Part shown: one piece after another, positions 50,201-61,016 of the stretch
Layout of the letters: every line of letters begins with the position of its first letter
Position numbering within the stretch: the first letter of the stretch is position 1
Source of the DNA: Balanoglossus misakiensis
Lineage: Eukaryota; Animalia; Hemichordata
NCBI GenBank assembly: GCA_040954595.2
Contig: CM082594.2
Coordinates: 518,208 to 582,207 of the forward strand
Direction: 5' to 3'
Length of the DNA stretch: 64,000 nucleotides
The notes under the pieces: generated by a model
What the model was told of the DNA's origin: nothing
What the model saw: the letters and a program-made list of their open reading frames with translations, nothing else
Database searches by the model: none
Made by a program: the position numbers and the translations under genes

Positions 50201-53200
50201 CTGTCATAGTGTGCCGGGGTTTTAGTCGAGCCAAGCCGTAGGAGATCAGACTTGATCAACGTGGACTCTGTACGCGTGTTTCTGCTCTAGAGTGCCGGGG
50301 CTTTATCCAAGCCATGCCGTAGAAAATCTGACTTGATCACCGTTGCTAACGTACGCTAGTGTCTGTCATATTGTGACGGAGATTTAGCCGAGTCAGGCCG
50401 TAGAAAAATCGACTTGTTCAACGTTACCAGTGTGCAACTGTTTCTGCTCTAGAGTGTCAGGGTTTTAGCCGACTTATGCTGTAGGAAATCTGAGTTGATG
50501 AACGCGAATTCAATGTTAGAAAACCCGTGTGGAAAGTATCTCTACCCGTCTGAAACTAAGAAAAGAATTTATTCTTATTTATTTTGTAAAAAAGACAATT
50601 TTTCGAAAAAAAGTCGAAAAATTGCAATTTTGTCTTGGGTGATTCAAATTATACCGCCTTTTCTGGAATTTGCAGCACTTTTTACAAGAGAACGACACTT
50701 CATGCTCCATAATATTTCCGAAATTGAAGAAAAGAGTTAATTTTTTATGATTTTTCAAAAATTTACCATTTTTGTCAAAATATGGCCAAAATGGCTATTT
50801 TTCTTGAATTCCGTCAATATCTCTGCATTTTTGGAGTGGTCGAGAGTTTTAACATACAATCAACATGTCATATATGATCAGGGCACCAAATTCGAAGAAC
50901 AAAGGTTTTTTTATTTTTTTTTCTAAAAATGACATTTTCAAGGAAAATTTGGAAAAACGCAATTTTGTCTGCAGTGAGCCAAATTAGACGGTCTTTTGTG
51001 GAATTTGTATCGATATATACATACGAAGAGCATTCTATACTCCATCAGATTTCCGAAAATGTAGAAAACAGGTATTTTTTGTAACTTTCGAAAAATTACG
51101 ATTTTGACCAAATTGTGGCTAAAATTGTTATTTTCTTGATGAATGCCGCCAGTGTCACTGCTTTTAAAAGTCATAAAAACTTTTAACATACAAGCAATTG
51201 TTTATATATGATGAGGTCACCGAATTAAAAAATAAAGAATGTTTTGACTAAAAATCAGCTCATTCAGAGTGCATTTTTTATAATCAGCACCATTTTTACA
51301 TATAATGGAAATTTCATACATCATCAGATATCCAAATATGAAAAAAATGATTTAGATTTTAGATGATTGTCGAAAATTAGCTGATATCTAATAAATGTAG
51401 TATTGAACCGTTCTGTTCCCCCCCCCCCCCCTACATTATATGCGGTACGCCGATGTCAGCTTACCCGGCAGTACTGCAGGCCGTGCCCCCAACTAACGTC
51501 GGTGTTTGAAACGCCCGGGTTTAATTCGGGCTTTCTCAATAAATTGACAGGCAATAATGCAGTCCTACCCGAACAAATGTCGAGTATTGACCAGCTGTGA
51601 CTTTCCCTCTTCGGTTTGCCCGACTTAGCCAACGTCTTTGTACTAGAGTGTCGGGTCTTTTGCAGAGCCAGGCCGAAGGAAATCCGACTTGATCACCGTT
51701 GCTAACGAACGCTAGTGTCTGTCATGGTGTGCCGGGGTTTTAGTCGAGCCAGGCCGTAGGAGATCTGACTTGATCATCGTGGTCAATGTACGCGTGTTTC
51801 CGCTCTAAAGTGCCGGGGCTTCAGCTAAACCAGGCCGTAGGAAATCCGACGTAATCACCGTTGATAACTTACGCCAGTCTGTCTCATATAGAGCCGGTGC
51901 ACCAGCCGAGTCACGCCGTAGGAAATCTGACTTGATCAACGTGGTCAATGTACGCCTGTTTCTGCTCTAGAGTGCCGGGGCTTCAGCTGAGCCAGGCCGT
52001 AGGAAACCCAACGTGATTACCGTTGTTAACTTACGCCAGTCTGTGTCCTATATATAGTAACGGGGCATCAGCCGTGCCAGGCCGAAGGAAATGTGAGTAG
52101 ATCAACGTGGTCTCTGTAGGCGTGTTTCTGCTCTAGAGTGCCAGGGCTTTAGCCAAGCCATGCCGTAGGAAATCTGACTTGATCAACGTTGCTAACGAAC
52201 GCTAGTGTCTGTCATAGTGTGCCGGGGTTTTAGTCGAGCCAAGCCGTAGGAGATCAGACTTGATCAACGTGGTCTCTGTACGCGTGTTTCTGCTCTAGAG
52301 TGCCGGGGCTTTATCCAACCCATGCCGTTGAAAATCTGACTTGATCACCGTTGCTAACGTACGCTAGTGTCTGTCATATTGTGACGAGATTTAGCCGAGC
52401 CAGGCCGTAGAAAAATCGACTTGTTCAACGTTATCAGTGTGCAACTGTTTCTGCTCTAGAGTGCCAGGGCTTTAGCCAAGCCATGCCGTAGGAAATCTGA
52501 CTTGATCAACGTTGCTAACGAACGCTAGTGTCTGTCATAGTGTGCCGGGGTTTTAGTCGAGCCAAGCCGTAGGAGATCAGACTTGATCAACGTGGACTCT
52601 GTACGCGTGTTTCTGCTCTAGAGTGCCGGGGCTTTATCCAAGCCATGCCGTAGAAAATCTGACTTGATCACCGTTGCTAACGTACGCTAGTGTCTGTCAT
52701 ATTGTGACGGAGATTTAGCCGAGCCAGGCCGTAGAAAAATCGACTTGTTCAACGTTACCAGTGTGCAACTGTTTCTGCTCTAGAGTGTCAGGGTTTTAGC
52801 CGACTTATGCTGTAGGAAATCTGAGTTGATGAACGCGAATTCAATGTTAGAAAACCCGTGTGGAAAGTATCTCTACCCGTTTGAAACTAAGAAAAGAATT
52901 TATTCTTATTTATTTTGTAAAAAAGACAATTTTTCGAAAAAAAGTCGAAAAATTGCAATTTTGTCTTGGGTGATTCAAATTATACCGCCTTTTCTGGAAT
53001 TTGCAGCACTTTTTACAAGAGAACGACACTTCATGCTCCATAATATTTCCGAAAATGAAGAAAAGAGTTAATTTTTTATGATTTTTGAAAAATTTACCAT
53101 TTTTGTCAAAATATGGCCAAAATGGCTATTTTTCTTGAATTCCGTCAATATCTCTGCATTTTTGGAGTGGTCGAGAGTTTTAACATACAATCAACATGTC

Positions 53201-54203
53201 ATATATGATCAGGGCACCAAATTCGAAGAACAAAGGTTTTTTTATTTTTTTTTCTAAAAATGACATTTTCAAGGAAAATTTGGTAAAACGCAATTTTGTC
53301 TGCAGTGAGCCAAATTAGACGGTCTTTTGTGGAATTTGTATCGATATATACATACGAAGAGCATTCTATACTCCATCAGATTTCCGAAAATGTAGAAAAC
53401 AGGTATTTTTTGTAACTTTCCAAAAATTACGATTTTGACCAAATTGTGGCTAAAATTGTTATTTTCTTGATGAATGCCGCCAGTGTCACTGCTTTTAAAA
53501 GTCATAAAAACTTTTAACATACAAGCAATTGTTTATATATGATCAGGTCACCGAATTAAAAAATAAAGAATGTTTTGACTAAAAATCAGCTCATTCAGAG
53601 TGCATTTTTTATAATCAGCACCATCTTTACATATAATAGAAATTTCATACATCATCAGATATCCAAATATGAAAAAATGATTTAGATTTTAGATGATTGT
53701 CCAAAATTAGCTGATATCTAATAAATGTAGTATTGAACCGTTCTGTTCCCCCCCCCCCTACATTATATGCGGTACGCCGATGTCAGCTTACCCGGCAGTA
53801 CTGCAGGCCGTGCCCCCCCCCCCCCAACTAACGTCGGTGTTTGAAACGCCCTGGTTAAATTCGGGCTTTCTCTATAAATTGACAGGCAATAATGCAGTCC
53901 TACCCGAACAAATGTCGAGTGTTGACCCGCTGTGACTTCCCCTCTTCGGTTTGCCCGACTTAGCCAACGTCTTTGTACTAGAGTGTCGGGTCTTTTGCAG
54001 AGCCAGGCCGAAGGAAATCCGACTTGATCACCGTTGCTAACGAACGCTAGTGTCTGTCATGGTGTGCCGGGGTTTTAGTCGAGCCAGGCCGTAGGAGATC
54101 TGACTTGATCATCGTGGTCAATGTACGCGTGTTTCCGCTCTAAAGTGCCGGGGCTTCAGCTAAACCAGGCCGTAGGAAATCCGACGTAATCACCGTTGAT
54201 AAC

Positions 54204-54216
54204 TTACGCCAGTCTG
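54204..54216 (+). repeat. Left target-site duplication (13 bp, TTACGCCAGTCTG) of the Tx1-like LINE
   Basis: An identical 13-mer lies at 61017-61029, directly after the poly-A tail. Confidence 0.95.
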
Positions 54217-54426
54217 GATGGAGGGCGCTAGAGTCAGCCATCTACGGAAGCAGATTTCTAGCACGCTCAGAGTTTTAATCGTTTTTTCACGTGAAATCGG
54301 TGAATTTTGTGGCGAAACTGAAGGTATATGCTTTTGGATAGATACTTGCAGCTAACTCGAGAGCAAAGAAGCATTTTGATTCTCAGAAGAAAGACATTTT
54401 GCTAGTTTTCGTTGTCTCGAGCAAGC

Positions 54427-55244
54427 ATGGCCGTCAGAGACAAAGCCAGTTATGCGCAGGTGGTGACGACCAAACGCCTGCAAGACAAAGACGGTGAAAT
54501 AGGAGTTCTACCCGTCTTTCTGAAGCAGTCGGACATAGTTCCCAGGGACAGTAATCAATGGCTAAGAGGTGAGGAAATTATAGCAGCCGTTTCAGAAGTT
54601 GTCACCATCGGCAGCTTGGAAGGGTTGCAACGGATAAGAGGTCTGTGGCGTATTTATATGAATGACGAAGCAGACCGGACAATTTTGTTACAACATGGAC
54701 TCACACTACGCTGGAAGTCGATAGAGCTGTGGGGGCGAAATCCCTTCCGAAGAGAGTTTCATGAAGATTGGTTAAGATTAACGATAAAAGATCTACCATT
54801 GTCACACGATGATGATGCTATTGCCGCTACACTTACTGGTTTGGGCTGTAAGCTCAAAACAGATATATCCAGACAGAAATGGAGGTTAGAAGGCAAGTTG
54901 ACAAACATTCTTAATGGGGATCGAACTGTGTTCATCGAAAAACCAAAGACACCATTACCAGCTCAGGTTAAGATCGGTGCATTTTACGCGAAGATTATTT
55001 ATAAGCAATCCACAGCGGAGACGCAGCCACGATGCGGCAAATGCTTAGAGGAGGGACATACTGCGTACAATTGCACTGGACAAATCAAATGCAGACTCTG
55101 TAAAAGAGAGGGGCATATTGCAAGAAATTGTATGACTTCTCAGGTACACGAAGAATTAACGTCTCAGTCCACCAAATACACAATGCAGAAAAGGTCTACG
55201 AATCCTGCCGATGCGGTATCGAGACTAGAAAGTGACAGCACACC
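54427..55244 (+). pseudogene. Tx1 ORF1, N-terminal part (two zinc knuckles), interrupted by a DNA transposon
   Basis: ATG at 54427. CGKCLEEGHTAYNC and CRLCKREGHIARNC both match CX2CX4HX4C. Track ORF residues after ...SDSTP derive from the insertion. Confidence 0.9.
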
Positions 55245-57008
55245 CAGACGCTGTACAAACGCAACGCGCATGCGCGAGTTAACCCGGAAGCGTATGCAGC
55301 GTGATTCGAAAAGTTTTCTCTGCTGGAGCCAACTACTTGAGACTTCTGGCCGTAATCATGAGGAGAAACCAATAGTACAGAAATAGAGTTAAAGGAGTTA
55401 GATGAATTGTCGTTTCGGACGCTTTAACTTGGTTAAGTATAAACGAAATGAGTGTTTACCGAATACATGAGAAGTTGGTCAGATTAGAAGTCGGCCAGTA
55501 CGCGCGTATGAGAAGTCGGCCAGTACGAGAAGTCGGTCAGTTGTTGAACTTGCACCCGAATAGTGCAGTAATGACCCAGATTACTAATAACAACACTTAA
55601 TAAAATATAATTGCACTAAATATTTTCATTTGGACGGATTTCGCACATTCTTGACATCACAATGGCGTCATTTCAATGATATTATGGCGTCTGGTTCCCC
55701 GGTCCCGTATCCGCGTAAAGGAGCTTAGGTTGTTCGCCAAATTCCTTCGACATTTCTGATTAAAGGGAGTTTCAAAGCCTACTAACATACATGTATGTGT
55801 ATATTCATAGTTTCTGAGACAACACCAAACAGACAAACGCGACGAGGAACAGACTAGCGCAACGCAGTATATACTATAATTAAGTGCAGGTGACTGATGT
55901 TGACGTACCCCGGTGACGTACATGCGAAGTAAACAGGCAGTTTTAAAATTCGTAGGTTATTTGTACAAATATCTCAACTCCTGTACATCAAGGAAACATT
56001 TCGTAATGAAACCTGCATAAAAATTCACCTTCCTACCACTGTAGCAAACAATGCATATCTACCATAGACTCGACGGCGCTCACCACTGCATAAATCTTGG
56101 TATTGAGACTGTGTACGTGGTGACAAAGCGCATATCATCGCCATCGTCAGGTTTGGCGTAGTACTGACTGGCTTACTTATGAGTGAATGATTTCAAATTT
56201 CTAACTTACAGCAAGTTTGTTTCTAAGGACGCCGTCATGGTAATAGTTCAAAATTCGCGCCGCGCTATCGTTATGTTAATTAATTACATCAGTAAACGTG
56301 CGAATTTCGCGGCAAGACTGACTTCCACATCAAAACACGATCAAAATCATTCTAGTTCTACGTCCATGGTGTTACAGAAACAACATTTTTTGTTATTTTG
56401 TATAGCTATTAGTAATTTAATATTATTAATAGCATTATCTGCTAATTTCACGTTCAGGTGGTTGCATCATCGGGGACGATAGCCTTGTGCAGTGTCTTGA
56501 ATCTCGTCTCGGCAGTAATAACCCAGGGTAATAACCATGCCAAACTTTCGCTAAATAAGGCATGACCAACTTCGGAAGCTTGGAAACATACTCGGGCAAG
56601 CGAAGTTTTTTCCGGGCAAAAGTATGGCTTTGAGTCAATTACTAAGCTTCAATTTGGAAAAGTTTTGGAACCAGCAACTTTAATTTGAAACCAGCAACTC
56701 CATAAAACTGGGGATACATCACTGAAAAAATGAAGGCTCCAAAACGGAGGGACAAATGTGCGTGATATATTCCTTGCAGAAAATGACTCAAAATAAACTA
56801 TAAAAATGCATTTAGAATTTTGTTGTTCGTGTATATTAATCCCTGTGAAGTTTTTACTTTGGAAAGATTGACGGTTGAGTAACCCAAGCACCTCCATTTA
56901 TGTTGATGCGCTTAGGAATCAAAGTCTCGACCACCCCTCCATTGTTAATCGACGAACCATTGTCAAAGAATGCGCACAACTATGCGCAATGCATTTGTAC
57001 AGCGTCTT
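55245..57008. mobile_element. 1764-bp non-autonomous DNA transposon (TIR element, 9-bp TSD, possibly Mutator-like)
   Basis: TIRs AGACGCTGTACAAACGCAACGCGCAT (55246-55271) and ATGCGCAATGCATTTGTACAGCGTCT (56982-57007) are 23/26 complementary. TSD CAGCACACC at 55236-55244 and 57009-57017. No transposase-sized ORF. Confidence 0.9.
55470..55540 (+). repeat. Four copies of AGAAGTYGGYCAG inside the DNA transposon
   Basis: Copies start at 55470, 55486, 55511 and 55528. An inverted partial copy, TGACCAACTTC, lies at 56563-56573. Confidence 0.8.
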
Positions 57009-57017
57009 CAGCACACC

Positions 57018-57372
57018 GTTACAAGGAACATCCAGGCGTGAAACGGGGGACGAAGACCGTGTTGAGAAACCGCAAAGTCTGGCAAACAAAGCACCTGAGC
57101 CCTCGAGCTCGAGCGTTAAATCACAAAGCTCAATTTTAGCGTTCTTAAAAGAGAACAGAGACGATAGACAAAACGATACTAGTGTCAGTGAAGGTGATGT
57201 AACGGATATTGAAGGTGGCGAGGACCGGCGTTATGACACATCAAGAGAAAATTTCTCTGAATTGTCTGCTGAATCGCCACCACTGTTGTCATTGACCCAA
57301 AGCAAAGAAAATAAGAAAAAACGTAAAAGAAGACGAAAGCAGCAGCAGCAAGTCAGAATCAAAGGCTACTGA
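57018..57372 (+). pseudogene. Tx1 ORF1, C-terminal part (low-complexity acidic/Ser-rich region, basic KKKRKRRRK NLS-like tail)
   Basis: Removing the insertion plus one TSD copy joins ...ESDSTP to LQGTSRRETG... in frame, giving a 390-aa ORF1 that ends at TGA 57370-57372. Confidence 0.88.
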
Positions 57373-58514
57373 TGGCAGCGCTGAAGTTAGTTACCCTGAA
57401 TGTCAGGGGTGTCAAAGACAAAACGAAAAGGAACTGTATATATCGCTGGCTAAAACTCCAAAAAACGAGTATCGCGATTTTACAAGAGTTGCATGGAAAT
57501 GGAACAGACATTGACACTTGGGAGAAAGAATGGGGAGGGAAAGTATTCTTCTCGAAAGGTGACAATTATAGCAGAGGAACGGCAATATTGATTGAGCGCA
57601 GATGTGACCTCACCATTGATTCCGTGTGGAATGACGACTTCGGAAGAATTTGCATAATAAACGGTAGCCTTGTAGGTGTTAAGCTTTCAATTTGTAGTGT
57701 TTATGCCCCGAATCTCGTGAAACAAAGAACGGAATTCTTGAAAGATCTAGCTGGCCTGGTTGACACGCACTGCTATTACGAAAATCTTTTTATAGCAGGC
57801 GACTTCAATTGTGCACTCAACGACACTTTGGACAGAGCGTCAAGTGTGAAATCACGGCAATCACATGATGGATCAAGAAGAGTCTTACGTAGTTTTTGTA
57901 ATCAGTTTCAACTTATTGATGTTTGGAGGAATTTCCACCCTGGGCAACGGCAGTTTACTTGGCGAAGATTGGCCCCATCACCGACTCATAGCCGATTAGA
58001 TTATGTTTTTATCTCAAAGCACCTCGTCAAGAATGTCAAAAAATCGGATATTCGTCCTGCTGTATACACAGATCATATGGCTGTTTACGTGGAATTGCAG
58101 ACCGCTTCAGATTGTAGAGGGCCTGGTACATGGAAACTGAACAATAGGCTTTTAAAAAATGAAGGCTTTGTCAACGGAGTCAAATCTGTAATCAGAGAGT
58201 GTGGTGAGAAGACATTCGAAAATAATCGGATGAAATGGGACATCATGAAGAAAAAAATTAAAGAATATGCATTGGAATTTACAAGGTATGGAACAAAAGA
58301 TCACAATAAGGAAATACCGAAGCTTGAGCAACAGCTAAAAGCGGATGAAAGAAATATGCTGGTGAATCCATCAGATGAAAATATACGGAAATACAGTGAA
58401 ACCAAACAACGCCTTGAGAATATTTACAACATACTCGCTGAAGGTGCGCAGATAAGATCGCGTGCAGCGTGGGTGGAAAAGGGAGAAAGGAATACCAAGT
58501 ATTTTTATCATTAG
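57372..58514 (+). pseudogene. Tx1 ORF2, N-terminal APE endonuclease domain (ends at a frameshift)
   Basis: Motifs TLNVRG, LQE, VYAPN, GDFN, DVWR, SRLDYVF and TDH. The premature stop comes just after ERNTKYF. Confidence 0.92.
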
Positions 58515-60928
58515 AAAAGCGAAATGCAGGAAAAAAGGAAATTAAGGAGCTGGTGACCAGAAGTGGAAAGTGTGTGACAAAAACGGACGAGATTCTGCGG
58601 GAACAAAGAGAATTCTACGAGACGATCTATCAGCGAAAATGTTGCCATCAGTCGATTGACGATTTTTTGGAAAATAGCAGTTTACCAGGACTAACAGCTC
58701 TACAAAGTGAACAGTGCGAAGGTAATTTAACGGAAAGGGAATGTTTGCGCGCTTTGAAGACCATGGCAGCTAACAAGTCTCCGGGATGTGATGGACTTTC
58801 GGTCGAATTTTTTCTTTTCTTTTGGTCAGAAATAAAAACATTTGTCACTTCATCTCTCAATGAAGCCTGGTCGTCAGGGGAACTTTCTGCTACACAAAAA
58901 AGAGGTATTATTACATTGTTGTATAAAAAGGGAGATGAAAATGACTTGAATAATTGGAGGCCTGTGTCGCTTTTAAACATTGACTACAAAATTGCCACTA
59001 AGGCATTATCAAACAGACTCAAATGTGTTTTACCTACAATTATCCATAGAGATCAGACAGGCTATATGAAAGGCCGTTTTATTGGAGAAAACATTCGCCT
59101 GATCTCCGATGTTCTAGACTACACTAACAAGCGGCGTTTGGAAGGAGCGATCCTTTTTGTAGATTATGAGAAAGCGTTTGACAGTGTAAATTGGAAATTT
59201 TTGTATAGCGTGCTTAAAAAGATGAATTTTGGTCCAGGCTTTATACGCTGGATTGAAGTTTTATATAGTAATATTTCTAGTTGTATTGTTTATAAGGGAT
59301 GGTGCTCTGGATACTTTTCATTACATAGAGGTGTTCGACAGGGATGTTCCCTCTCGGCTTTATTGTTTTTACTTGTGATCGAAGTACTTGCATGTAAAAT
59401 AAGACAACACGGGGAGATCAACGGGATCCCCTTATATGGTAATAATACAGCGAAGATTTCATTATTTGCCGACGACACCACTATTTTTACAAGGGATGGT
59501 CGGTCATTAGAAAATGTTTTTAAAGTTATGGATGATTTTCATCAGTGTGGTGGTTTAAAAATGAGCAACAAGAAAACGAAGGCAATGTGGGTTGGAAAAA
59601 ACAGAAATAGTGAAAAGAAAATGGGAAATGTTGAATGGACAAATGAGCCCATCAAAACGCTTGGTGTGTATTTTGGCTATGACACTGAGAAATGTAACAA
59701 ACTTAACTGGGAGCCTAAGATTGATAAACTGAAAAAGGTGCTACAAATGTGGGAAAGGAGAAGGCTTACGTTTTATGGGAGAGTGATGATTACGAAGGTT
59801 TTTGCAATTTCACAGATTTTGTTTTTGACATCAGTGATTGGAATACCTGAAGGCATTAAGTGTGTTGTTCGAAAGCTAATTGATGGTTTTATAAGAAGAA
59901 AACGAAATATAAGCAATGTAATACTTCAGAGTGATTATGACAAAGGTGGCATCAGATGTGTCAACTTAGACAAGCAAATTGATTCTCTTTATGCAGTATG
60001 GGTCAAAAGACTGGTCTTGTGTAAAGGCAACACTTGGTCTGCTATACCATGGCATTATTTACAAATGGATGACCTTCAGTCATGTAATCTTATTCAGCAC
60101 AACATTTTCTGGGAATCACTACCAAAGGCTTTAGAGTCTGCGATCCCTGAATTTTACGTCAAGGTTTTAAATGCGTGGTACAGTGCAAGTGAAAACATCA
60201 AAGGAAACAGAAATGTAATTTTGAAATGGTGTAGCAAGTTTAACTTTTTCTACAAATCCTTGAAAAATTGTAAATACGGTATTTGGGATGGAAAACACTG
60301 GATTTCCATCAATAACGTTACGTGTAAAGCCATTTATGCGAACATTCCACAAAGGAGTCCAAAAGTGGATAAACTTAACAAATGGTACACATTGCTGGAG
60401 GTACCAAACCAGACTACAAAAGAAAGTGAAACGGTCTGGAAGAACATACACGCAATAACTAAGGAAACAAAGTTGCGGGAATTTCAATGGAAACTTTTAC
60501 ACAGGTTGTTGCCATGTAATAAGTATTTGTTTTATTGGAATAAGAGCAGCAGTGTGGATTGTGAACTTAGTAAGATACCAGAGTCTCTTGAGCACAAGTA
60601 CGTGCGTTGTACTATAGCCACATCACTTTGGGCAAAAATCGAGCGCATAATTCGGCAACTTTTTTGTAAAGATTTTGATTTACAAAGCGCTCATATAATT
60701 TTCAATTGCATTAGAAGTGTTATGCTTTCGAAATCTGAAGAAAATATTGTAAATTTATTGATTTTAGTTTGCAAATGGAGTATACATAAATACTGGCTAA
60801 GTGAAACCAGAGCACCTTTAATGGTGCTAGTAAAATACGAATTCATATTGAGATACAAGGTATACAAGGAAATATGCAATAATTCAGAAAGTGCAAGAAT
60901 TTTTGAAGCTATTATATCTATGATGTGA
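58502..60928 (+). pseudogene. Tx1 ORF2, reverse transcriptase and C-terminal region (shifted frame)
   Basis: Motifs KSPGCDG, NWRPVSLLNIDYK, DQTGY, DYEKAFD, GVRQG, FADD and KTLGV. The C-terminal zinc finger is degenerate (CELS...ESLEH...C; second Cys replaced by Ser). Confidence 0.92.
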
Positions 60929-61016
60929 GTTTTCGGTTGGTTTCTTTTTTTTTGATATGTTAATGTAACACTGAAAGTTTTTTTAATAAAAGATAAAAAA
61001 AAAAAAAAAAAAAAAA

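Larger units (their letters stand above)
9144..54216 (+). repeat. Main head-to-tail array of the ~2.05-kb composite satellite (~22 units; complete units 1719-2540 bp)
   Basis: A unit marker (TTGATGA after AATCTGAG) recurs at 10670, 13125, 15174, 17227, 19279, 21473, 23363, 25082, 27622, 29677, 31568, 33620, 35673, 37729, 39783, 41674, 44209, 46166, 48125, 50495 and 52826. Confidence 0.98.
54217..61016 (+). mobile_element. Apparently full-length Tx1/L1-clade non-LTR retrotransposon inserted in the third 81-bp monomer
   Basis: 210-bp 5' UTR; gag-like ORF1 with two CCHC knuckles; APE-RT ORF2 with L1/Tx1-type GPGTWKLNN and GAQIRSRAAWVEKGERNTKYF motifs; AATAAA at 60985-60990; A22 tail at 60995-61016; 13-bp TSD. 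Confidence 0.95.

Noticed and set aside
55657-57139. Short ORFs inside the DNA transposon as transposase remnants
   Set aside because: No DDE or zinc-finger motifs are recognisable. Only the part of ORF 56875..57372 after the TSD is real (Tx1 ORF1 C-terminus).
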